A stretch of DNA of 64,000 bases. Source: Streptosporangiaceae bacterium. GTDB lineage: Bacteria; Actinomycetota; Actinomycetes; Streptosporangiales; Streptosporangiaceae. Shown piece after piece: positions 8,096-15,968 of this stretch (its first letter is position 1; each line of letters opens with the position of its first letter). The notes under the pieces are model-generated. The model was given only the letters and a program-made list of their open reading frames with translations. It ran no database searches and was not told the DNA's origin. The stretch spans positions 4,507 through 68,506 of the forward strand of contig DATKQH010000376.1 of the NCBI GenBank assembly GCA_035532775.1. Direction: 5' to 3'. A program made the position numbers and the translations under genes.

Positions 8096-9406
8096 ATGCC
8101 AATCGGAGGCCGAAAGGTCCCGCCCCGCGCGGTAGAGAAGGAGACCGCGACGGTCGCCTCGCCCATCTCCGGCCGGGAGGTCGAGCTTCCGGCGATGTGG
8201 AACCGGATGTTCGAGCCGCGCGTGCTCACCGACTACGACCCAGTCGGCTTCGAGAAGATCTCCGCGCTTCCCGGCGGTGAGTCACTGGAATGGTGCTACG
8301 GCTGCGGAAAGTGCATTCCGGTCTGCCCGGTGGACATGGTGGGGGAGTACAGCCCGCGCAAGCTGCACCGCAAAGTCCAGACCGGTATCGACCTGCTCAC
8401 CGACGATGATCTGTGGCTCTGCACCACCTGCGGTAATTGCCTGCGGGTCTGCCCGAAGGAAGTCGACATGATCCAGATCATGCCGGCCGTCCGCGAGGCC
8501 GCTCTGACCGACGGCTCCCCAGTGCCGTCCGAGCTTCAGGATGTCTTCGAGAAGACCTTCAGATACGGCAACGCACTCGGCGAGAACGCCCGCCGCCGCG
8601 CCCAGTGGACCAGGGCGGCCGGCGTCCCGGTGCGGATCCTGCCTAGTGACCCGTTGCCGGTGGACGTGCTGTTCTACGTCGAGGACTACTGGAGCTACCA
8701 CCCGCGCGGCCAGCAGGCCGCGCGGGCCTTCGCCCGGGTCGCCACCGCGCTCGGCGTCGACTGGGCCATCCTCGGCCACGAGGAAAAGACGGTCGGCGAC
8801 TCGCAGCGCCTGGCCGGCGAGCAAGGCCTGTTCGATTCGCTCGTCGAGGATGTGACCGCGACCCTGGCCAAGTACGAGTTCGCCAGGATCGTGACCCCTG
8901 ACCCGCACGCGTTCAACGCCCTGGTCAAGGAGTACCCCAGGCGGGGGCACTCCTTCGACGTGCTGCACTACACCCAGCTTCTTGCGCCCCTGGTCGGGCA
9001 GGTCACCTGGGCGAAAGAGCTGAACCTGCGGGTCACCTTCCACGACCCCTGCTACCTCGGCCGGCACAACGGCGAGTACGACGCCCCGCGCACCCTGATC
9101 GAGGCCATACCGGGCGTGGAACTCCTCGAGATGGCCCGGTGCCGCGAGAACGGCTACTGCTGCGGCGGCGGGGGCGGCGGCATGTGGCTGGATGGATTCG
9201 CGAAGAACCACGCGGCCGAGCGCCTGTCCGAGCGCCGGGTCAGAGAGGCCGCGGCGACCGGTGCCGACGTCCTTGTCGTCTGCTGCCCGTACGAGGTCTC
9301 GCGGTTCGAGGACGCCGCTAAGTCCACGGGGCACGATCAGCTGCAGGTCAGGGACATCATCGAGCTGATCGACGAGGCGATGGGCCTTGGGTCTGCCGGT
9401 GAGTGA
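8096..9406 (+). CDS. shdrB3: Fused HdrC2-HdrB2-like FeS/CCG protein (sHdrB3 type)
   Basis: N-terminal CYGCGKCIPVCP and CTTCGNCLRVCP; C-terminal CCG motifs (HDPCYLGRH, YCCGGGGG). SD GGAGGG lies upstream. Confidence 0.8.
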   Translation: MPIGGRKVPPRAVEKETATVASPISGREVELPAMWNRMFEPRVLTDYDPVGFEKISALPGGESLEWCYGCGKCIPVCPVDMVGEYSPRKLHRKVQTGIDLLTDDDLWLCTTCGNCLRVCPKEVDMIQIMPAVREAALTDGSPVPSELQDVFEKTFRYGNALGENARRRAQWTRAAGVPVRILPSDPLPVDVLFYVEDYWSYHPRGQQAARAFARVATALGVDWAILGHEEKTVGDSQRLAGEQGLFDSLVEDVTATLAKYEFARIVTPDPHAFNALVKEYPRRGHSFDVLHYTQLLAPLVGQVTWAKELNLRVTFHDPCYLGRHNGEYDAPRTLIEAIPGVELLEMARCRENGYCCGGGGGGMWLDGFAKNHAAERLSERRVREAAATGADVLVVCCPYEVSRFEDAAKSTGHDQLQVRDIIELIDEAMGLGSAGE

Positions 9407-10421
9407 CGTGCTGCGAGTCATCGACTTCGGGCGGGTCACGCCGCTGCGCTCGCAGACCCTGTGGCATGCCGTTGCCTACGGCGTCAGCGGCGGCGAGCCC
9501 GCCACGCTGTCCTTCGCCCGGCCGTCCGCGCCGTACGTCTGCCTCGGCTACCTACGCGACGCCGCCGAGGTGGACCATGAATATTGCGCGTCCCATGGCC
9601 TGCCTGTCTACCGGCGGATGGTCGGCGGTGGTCCGGTCTACCTGGATGACCGGCAGCTCTTCTTCCAGATCTGCATCCCGGCCGGCGACGTCTCGCCATC
9701 ACGCCGCGACGCACTGCGCTCACTGCTGGAGCCGGCCGTGTCGGCGTTCCGTGTGCTTGGTGTCGACGCCAGACTCGATGACAACGGCGAGATCTGCCGC
9801 GATGATGCGAAGATCTGCGGTCACGGTGCCGGCCAGATCGAGGACGCGGTGGTGGTCTGCGGCAACCTGATCGAGGCGTTCGACCACCAGCGCGCCGCCC
9901 GCGTGCTGGCGCTGACCGATCCGGTGCAGCGCGCCGAGACACTGCGGCTGATGCGGCGCTACGTCGCCTCGACGCCGGTAGATCCGGGAGCCTTCCGCGC
10001 CGCGCTGATCGACTCGTTTTCCGGCGCCCTGGGGCTGCGGGCCGAATCTGGCGTGCTCAGCCCCGCCGAGCTCAAGTCAGTCCACAAGCTCGACCGCCGC
10101 TTCGTTACAGCCGAATGGCTCGCCGGGCCAGACCGGACGGCCCCGACTGTCAGCACGGGCCGGCAGGTCAAGGTGCGCGCGGGAATCTGGACGTTCGCCG
10201 TGCAGGCGAGCAGCGGCGCCAGCGTCGTGGCGAGCGTGGTGAGGGAAAGGCTGGACCGGGTCGTCCTTACTGCGCCAGGAATGAATAGCCAGGCCGAGGC
10301 CGCGGCGTGCGCCCTTGCCGGGATGCCCGTCTCTGCCGCCGCCGACGTGCTGAGCCGGTTCGGCGAGTCAGGAACTGAACTTGCGGCGGCACTGGCCAGA
10401 GCCGAAGGCAGACTGCCATGA
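9387..10421 (+). CDS. Divergent lipoate-protein ligase A-like protein (sLpl(AB)-like, paralog 1)
   Basis: BPL/LplA-type core with VYRRMVGGGPVYLD and the probable catalytic-lysine region AKICGHGAGQ. The TTG start at 9387 is uncertain; GTG 9399 or 9408 are alternatives. Confidence 0.7.
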   Translation: MGLPVSDVLRVIDFGRVTPLRSQTLWHAVAYGVSGGEPATLSFARPSAPYVCLGYLRDAAEVDHEYCASHGLPVYRRMVGGGPVYLDDRQLFFQICIPAGDVSPSRRDALRSLLEPAVSAFRVLGVDARLDDNGEICRDDAKICGHGAGQIEDAVVVCGNLIEAFDHQRAARVLALTDPVQRAETLRLMRRYVASTPVDPGAFRAALIDSFSGALGLRAESGVLSPAELKSVHKLDRRFVTAEWLAGPDRTAPTVSTGRQVKVRAGIWTFAVQASSGASVVASVVRERLDRVVLTAPGMNSQAEAAACALAGMPVSAAADVLSRFGESGTELAAALARAEGRLP

Positions 10422-10897
10422 CTAGTACCGGGCCGGCTAGCTCCGCGGCGATGCGGGACGTGCACGGATTCGCGCTCGCCCTCGACCGCAGCTACCAGCC
10501 CGCTACGCACATGTGGGTCAAGCTCACCGCGCCTGGCCGAGTCAGGATCGGCATCGACCCGCTCGGTGTCGAGACGAGCGGCACGCTCGCCCAGCTGTCC
10601 CTTCCCGCAGCGGGAACCAACCTGACCGCCGGGCGGCCCTTCGGCGAGATGGAAGCGGTGAAGTTCGTCGGCCCGCTGAGCAGCCCGGTATCGGGCACCG
10701 TACGGGCGGTCAATTCCGCAGCAGCAGACAACCCCGGGCTCGTCGAACGGGATCCGTTCGGTGACGGCTGGCTGATTGAGGCGGAACTGGCCGATCCGGC
10801 CGACCTCGATGCCCTGATCGCCGATCCGGAGGAAATCACCACCTGGTACGCGGCGAAGATTGCCGAGTACCGGCTGTCCGGGGCGATCGCGGAATGA
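10418..10897 (+). CDS. lbpA: GcvH-like lipoate-binding protein LbpA (paralog 1)
   Basis: H-protein fold pattern HMWVK...RIGIDP...GEMEAVKFVGPLSSPVSG (lipoyl-lysine motif)...DPFGDGWL. ATGA overlap on both sides. Confidence 0.8.
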   Translation: MTSTGPASSAAMRDVHGFALALDRSYQPATHMWVKLTAPGRVRIGIDPLGVETSGTLAQLSLPAAGTNLTAGRPFGEMEAVKFVGPLSSPVSGTVRAVNSAAADNPGLVERDPFGDGWLIEAELADPADLDALIADPEEITTWYAAKIAEYRLSGAIAE

Positions 10898-11916
10898 CCG
10901 GCAAGCAGCCGCCGGGCGGGCCGGCCGACCGGGCACGCACCGACGTGCAGTCGCCCGCGGATATCCGCCGGGCGAACTTTCCGGACGTGATGGACTTCTA
11001 CGCGCCCGGCCTGAAACGGTGGCAGACGCCGGAATGGACGCCAGAGAACCCGCGCCGGTTCCTGCCGGTCTCCGTCACCGGCTCGGCCTGCGCGCTGTCC
11101 TGCGACCACTGCCAGACCAAGGTGCTCGACGGCATGATCTCCGTCCGGGCCGACCAGGACCTGTTCACCCTGGCGAGCCGGCTGCGCAGCCAGGGCAGCG
11201 AGGGACTGCTCGTCTCCGGCGGATCGACCAGGACCGGCGAGGTGCCGCTCCTTCCGCACCTGCGGCACATCCCGCGGATCAAGTCCGAGCTCGGCATGAA
11301 GGTCATCGTCCACTCGGGCGTCGTCTCACCGAGGCTGGCCACCGGGCTGGCCCAAGCTGGCGTCGACGGAGTGATGCTCGACATCATCGGCGCCGACGAG
11401 ACGATCCGCGACGTGTACCACCTGAACCTGACCGTCGCCGACATGGAACGGTCACTCAGCGTGCTGGCCGGGGAAGGCCTGCGGATCATCCCGCACATCG
11501 TCCTCGGCCTGCATTACGGGAGGTTCCTCGGCGAGCACCGGGCGCTCGAGATGCTCACCCGCTACCCGGTCTCCACCCTCATCCTGGTGGTACTGACCCC
11601 GCTGACCGGCACGCCGATGGCGCACATCCCGCCGCCGCCGACCGATCAGGTCGCCGAGTTCTTCGGCACCGCCCGGCTGGCCGCCCCGACGACACCGGTC
11701 AACCTCGGCTGCGCCCGGCCGCTCGGCAAAACCAAGACCGACCTCGATCAGGCCGCGATCGACCTGGGGCTGAACGGCATCGCCTATCCCGCCGACGGCG
11801 CGATCGCCTATGCCGCAGCCCGCGGCCTGACGCCGCGTCTGTTCGAGTACTGCTGCTCGCTCACGTGGACCGGCGACAGCGAGGAGAGCTACTCGAAAGT
11901 CGAGGTGGGCACGTGA
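10894..11916 (+). CDS. Radical SAM protein, LipS1/LipS2-type lipoyl synthase component
   Basis: CALSCDHC is a CxxxCxxC radical-SAM motif. Embedded between lbpA and a ligase gene and coupled by 4-nt overlaps. Confidence 0.75.
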   Translation: MTGKQPPGGPADRARTDVQSPADIRRANFPDVMDFYAPGLKRWQTPEWTPENPRRFLPVSVTGSACALSCDHCQTKVLDGMISVRADQDLFTLASRLRSQGSEGLLVSGGSTRTGEVPLLPHLRHIPRIKSELGMKVIVHSGVVSPRLATGLAQAGVDGVMLDIIGADETIRDVYHLNLTVADMERSLSVLAGEGLRIIPHIVLGLHYGRFLGEHRALEMLTRYPVSTLILVVLTPLTGTPMAHIPPPPTDQVAEFFGTARLAAPTTPVNLGCARPLGKTKTDLDQAAIDLGLNGIAYPADGAIAYAAARGLTPRLFEYCCSLTWTGDSEESYSKVEVGT

Positions 11917-13073
11917 GCACCGGTACCGCCGGACGCTGGCTGACCGCAGCGGGACAGTCCTGGCGGCTGCTCACGGAGGACCGAGCGGAAGCTGCGGAGG
12001 GCCTTGCCCTGGACGAGGCGCTGATGGCGCGGTACTCGCGCGGAGCACTGCCCCGGCCGCCGACGCTGCGCCTGTACACCTATCGCACGCACTGCGCGCT
12101 GATTGGCCGCTACCAGAACCTGGACGCCGAGGTCGACCTGGCGGTGTGCCGCGACACCGGAACCCGTGTCAGCCGCCGCCCCACCGGCGGCGGGGCGATC
12201 ATCATGGGCGCCGGTCAGCTCGGCGTCGCACTGGTGGCCGCCGCGCCGTCCGACCTGCGTCCGCGCGAGATCATCTCCGAACTCGCCGGCGGGCTGATCA
12301 CGGGCCTGTCCGAACTCGGCATCAGCGCCGTGTTCAAGGGCAAGAACGACCTCGAGGTCAACGGGCGCAAGGTCGCCGGTCTCGGCCTGTATCTCGATCA
12401 ATCGGGCGCGATGCTGTTCCATGCCAGCGTCCTGGCCGATCTCGACATCGGCTTCATGCTCCGGGCGCTGCGAATCCCGGCCGCGAAACTCGGGGACAAG
12501 GCGGCATCCGCGGTCGCCGAGCGCGTCACCACAGTCACCGCACTGACCGGCCAGCCCTGGGACGGCCCCGCGCTGCGCCAGGTGATCGCGTCAGGATTCG
12601 CTACGGCCCTCGGCGCCGACCTTGAGCCGGGGGAGCCTTCAGATCACGAGTGCGCGCTGGCCGCCCAGTTCGCCGCAGGCAAGTACTCCCGTGATTCCTG
12701 GCTCGCGGACCGCAGCGCCGCCCTCGACGGGACCGGCTCAGCCTCCCTCAAGACCCCAGCCGGCCTGGCTCGCATCTACCTCACGACCCACGGCGACCTG
12801 GTGAAGAGCGCCGTCGTCGTCGGCGACTTCAATGAGCTTCCCGCCCCGGTCGTGGCGATGGAGTCGGCCTTGCGCTGGCACCGCCTCGACGGCCTCTCGG
12901 TCGCCAGGGCGATTGCCCGGTCCGGTGCCGCCAGCGCGCTGGGCGTCGCGCCAGAGCAACTTGTCGCGGCTGTCGTTCAGGCCGGCCGCCAGGCGCAGGA
13001 TCGCGTCGCTGCCGCTCCCGTCCGATCCGAAGGCTCCTGCTACTTCCCCGAGCCGACCCGGAGCCTGGCATGA
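11913..13073 (+). CDS. Lipoate-protein ligase A-like protein (sLpl(AB)-like, paralog 2; the more canonical one)
   Basis: GTG 11913 overlaps the upstream stop (GTGA). Motifs RRPTGGGAI and KNDLEVNGRKVAGLG (catalytic Lys region). The upstream part of ORF 10860-13073 is a shadow frame. Confidence 0.8.
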   Translation: MSTGTAGRWLTAAGQSWRLLTEDRAEAAEGLALDEALMARYSRGALPRPPTLRLYTYRTHCALIGRYQNLDAEVDLAVCRDTGTRVSRRPTGGGAIIMGAGQLGVALVAAAPSDLRPREIISELAGGLITGLSELGISAVFKGKNDLEVNGRKVAGLGLYLDQSGAMLFHASVLADLDIGFMLRALRIPAAKLGDKAASAVAERVTTVTALTGQPWDGPALRQVIASGFATALGADLEPGEPSDHECALAAQFAAGKYSRDSWLADRSAALDGTGSASLKTPAGLARIYLTTHGDLVKSAVVVGDFNELPAPVVAMESALRWHRLDGLSVARAIARSGAASALGVAPEQLVAAVVQAGRQAQDRVAAAPVRSEGSCYFPEPTRSLA

Positions 13074-14212
13074 CAGCCCGAGCGAGGGCCTGCGGGGGTG
13101 GCCCAGCGCGTAAAAGAGCCGAAGGCGACGCGCAGGGCCACCCCCGCAGGCCCTCGCTCCCCCTGCTGACCCGACCTAGGACCAGCCCCGACTACGTAAG
13201 AATCTCCTACGCCAGCGCCATCGCCCTCCGCATGAAGTCCGGAAGATTCAGCCGGGACTTCGATTTCGGTGGCATCAACCTGCTGCTCAATTACGACGAG
13301 GGCTGCCTGTCCGACTGCGGCTACTGCGGCCTGGCCCGCACGAGGCCCGTCGACTATGGCGACCAGTTCATCCGGGTGGAGTGGCCCCTGGTCGGAACCG
13401 ACGAACTCGTCGACCGGATGGCCACCCGCGAGGACAAGCTGACCAGGCTGTGCATCTCGATGGTCACGCACGGCCATGCCTACGCCGACACTTGCGACAT
13501 CACCCGGCGGATCGCAGCGCGGGTGCGCACTCCGCTGTCGATCCTGGTCGCGCCGCCGACCCTCAACCGGGAGCGGCTGGAGACGTTCAAGGCGCTGGGC
13601 GTAGACATGATCGGGATCGGGCTGGACGCCGTCACCGAGGACCTTTTCCGCAACATCCGCACCGACGTGCCGGCCGGCGGCCTGAAGTGGGAGAAGTACT
13701 GGGAGGTCGTCACCGACTCCCGCGAGATCTTCGGTCCGTGGAAGGTCAACGTGCACACCCTGGTCGGGCTCGGGGAGACCGACCAGGACCTGATCGAACT
13801 GTTCTGTGCGCTGCGGGACAAGGAGATCTTCTCCTACCTGTTCTGCTTCAACCCAGAGCCCGACTCCCGGATGGCTGGTCACCCCAAGTCGCCGTTGGTC
13901 CGCTGGCGCCGGGTCCAGCTGGCCAAGCACCTGATCGAAACCGAGGGCTACGACCTGGGCCAGTTCGACTTCGACGCCGACGGCGGCCTCGTGCACCTGC
14001 GGGCCGGTGCAGCGGCAGTAGACGCGGTGGTCAGCCAGGGCGTCGCCTTCATGACCAACGGCTGTCCGGGCGAGAAAGGCGAACCAGGCTGTACCCGGCC
14101 GTATGGCTCCTACCGTCCGGCCGAGCCATTCCGCGATTACCCGTTCCTCCCTTCGGCAGCCGACCTGGATGAGATCAGGCAGCAGCTGCGGCTCGACGAA
14201 GTTCTCCGCTAG
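13070..14212 (+). CDS. Radical SAM protein, LipS1/LipS2-type lipoyl synthase component (BioB/LipA-like)
   Basis: CLSDCGYC radical-SAM motif. The conserved-looking N-terminal segment VRISYASAIAL begins about 40 codons after ATG 13070, which makes an ATGA overlap with the ligase. Those 40 codons contain the hairpin, so the true start is uncertain. Confidence 0.75.
   Translation: MTARARACGGGPARKRAEGDAQGHPRRPSLPLLTRPRTSPDYVRISYASAIALRMKSGRFSRDFDFGGINLLLNYDEGCLSDCGYCGLARTRPVDYGDQFIRVEWPLVGTDELVDRMATREDKLTRLCISMVTHGHAYADTCDITRRIAARVRTPLSILVAPPTLNRERLETFKALGVDMIGIGLDAVTEDLFRNIRTDVPAGGLKWEKYWEVVTDSREIFGPWKVNVHTLVGLGETDQDLIELFCALRDKEIFSYLFCFNPEPDSRMAGHPKSPLVRWRRVQLAKHLIETEGYDLGQFDFDADGGLVHLRAGAAAVDAVVSQGVAFMTNGCPGEKGEPGCTRPYGSYRPAEPFRDYPFLPSAADLDEIRQQLRLDEVLR
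13080..13159. repeat. Perfect 25-bp inverted repeat (about 80-nt hairpin)
   Basis: GAGCGAGGGCCTGCGGGGGTGGCCC (13080-13104) is the exact reverse complement of 13135-13159. A further 5 bp (13106-13110 / 13129-13133) pair after one A/A mismatch. The loop is 18 nt, TAAAAGAGCCGAAGGCGA. Confidence 0.9.
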
Positions 14213-14227
14213 ATAAGGCAGAAACGC

Positions 14228-14998
14228 GTGCGAATTGTTGTGCTTATGAAGGCAGTTCCGGACCTCGTCGAAGAGATCGAGCTCACCGCTGACGAGACCG
14301 GTATCGATCGCGAGTTCCTCAAGTTCGTGGTGAGCGAATGGGACGCGCAGGCGCTGGAGGAGGCGCTGCTAATCAAGGACGCCGCCGGCGCCGACGTCGT
14401 GGCCGTCGGCCTGGCCAGTGATCCGGACATCGACCAGGCGCTCTACACAGCGCTCGCCAAGGGTGCTGATTCGGCGGTGAAGGTCACCGGCGGCGAGGAG
14501 ACGATGCTCACCGGTGACCGGGCCGCGCTGCTGGCCGGCTACCTGGCGGCCGAGCCGGCCGACCTGGTGATGACCGGGGTGCAGGCTGCTGACGACATCG
14601 ACGGCCAGTTGCCGCCGATGCTCGCCGCTCACCTCGGACAGCCGCACGTATCGGTGGTGGTCGCGGTGGAGGCCGCCAATGGCGGGGTCACCGTGCGGCA
14701 GGAGTTCGCCGGCGGCCTGGTGCACGAGCTTGCGGTGCAGCTTCCGGCCGTGATCGGCGTGCAGGCGGCCAGGCAGGCACCCCGGTACGCCCCGATCACC
14801 CGGATCCGGCAGGCGATGCAGGCCGGCGGCCTGCGTGAGGTGACTGCCGCCGCAGCGACTGCCGCCCCAGCACCGACGGTGCGGCGAATGTTCCGGCCGG
14901 AGCAGGCCAGTCACGCCCAGATGCTGACCGGCAGCGCCGATGACGTGGCTACGGCGATCGCGGACCTGCTCCGCGACCGCGGCCTGGTGAAGGGGTGA
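14228..14998 (+). CDS. etfB: Electron transfer flavoprotein beta subunit
   Basis: MRIVVLMKAVPD... typical EtfB N-terminus and length. GTG start. Confidence 0.9.
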   Translation: MRIVVLMKAVPDLVEEIELTADETGIDREFLKFVVSEWDAQALEEALLIKDAAGADVVAVGLASDPDIDQALYTALAKGADSAVKVTGGEETMLTGDRAALLAGYLAAEPADLVMTGVQAADDIDGQLPPMLAAHLGQPHVSVVVAVEAANGGVTVRQEFAGGLVHELAVQLPAVIGVQAARQAPRYAPITRIRQAMQAGGLREVTAAAATAAPAPTVRRMFRPEQASHAQMLTGSADDVATAIADLLRDRGLVKG

Positions 14999-15005
14999 GG
15001 ATGTT

Positions 15006-15968
15006 ATGGGCGGGAACGTGCTGGTGCTCGCTGAGCACGACGGCAAGCAGATCTCCGACGCCACATACGAGCTGCTCGGGGCTGCCCGTGATCTCGCGGC
15101 CGCGCTGGGCGGTCAGGCGGAGGTGGCGCTGTTCGGGCCGCGCGATCTGGCCAGCCAGCTTGGCGGGGCCGATGTGGTCGTCAGCGTGGATCACCCCGCG
15201 CTCGCCGAGTACTTGCCCGAGGCGTACGAGCAGGCGCTGACCGCGGTGCTCGCCGAGCGGTCACCGCGGCTGGTGCTGATGTCTACGGCCACGGCGGGCC
15301 TCGACCTCGGCGCCGCGGCGGCAGTGCGCTGGCAGGCTCCGCTGGCCGCCGCTGTCACCAAGCTCGAGGCGGCGGCCGGTGAGATCGTGGCCACCGCGCA
15401 GATCCTGGGCGGGAAAGTGCTGGCCGAGCTTGAGCTACCGGGCGAGCGGGCGATCGCGGCCGTCGTCGGCGGGACATATCCTGCCGCGGCCGGCCAGGGA
15501 GCAGGCACGCCGGAGGTGGTCGAGGTCGCCCCGCCCGCCGGGCTTGACCGGCTGCGGATGAGCCTGGTCCAGGTGACCGAGCCGCCGGGTGGCGACGTGG
15601 ATATCACCACGGCCGACCTGCTGGTGTCGGTCGGGCGGGGAATCGAGTCGCAGGACAACGTCGAGCTCGTGCAAGAGCTCGGCGACGCGCTCGGCGTCCC
15701 GCTGTCGGCATCGCGGCCCGTGGTCGACGCGGGCTGGCTGCCCAAGACCCGCCAGGTCGGCAAGTCGGGCCTGAAGGTAAAGCCGAAGGCCTACCTGGCG
15801 TTCGGCATCTCCGGCGCGCCGGAGCACCTCGAAGGGATGCGTGACGCCGACCTGATCATCGCCTGCAATACCGACCCGGGCGCGCCGATCTTCGACGTCG
15901 CGCACTACGGGACCACGGTCGATCTGTTCGACCTCGTTCCCGCGCTCACCGAGAAGCTGGGCCGGTGA
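15006..15968 (+). CDS. etfA: Electron transfer flavoprotein alpha subunit
   Basis: VLVLAEHDG...; C-terminal FAD-binding region PKAYLAFGISGAPEHLEGM. Confidence 0.9.
   Translation: MGGNVLVLAEHDGKQISDATYELLGAARDLAAALGGQAEVALFGPRDLASQLGGADVVVSVDHPALAEYLPEAYEQALTAVLAERSPRLVLMSTATAGLDLGAAAAVRWQAPLAAAVTKLEAAAGEIVATAQILGGKVLAELELPGERAIAAVVGGTYPAAAGQGAGTPEVVEVAPPAGLDRLRMSLVQVTEPPGGDVDITTADLLVSVGRGIESQDNVELVQELGDALGVPLSASRPVVDAGWLPKTRQVGKSGLKVKPKAYLAFGISGAPEHLEGMRDADLIIACNTDPGAPIFDVAHYGTTVDLFDLVPALTEKLGR

Noticed and set aside
10860-11912. N-terminal half of the 737-aa ORF 10860-13073
   Set aside because: This part overlaps the radical-SAM gene in another frame and has low-complexity Arg/Pro composition. 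The ligase homology begins at GTG 11913.
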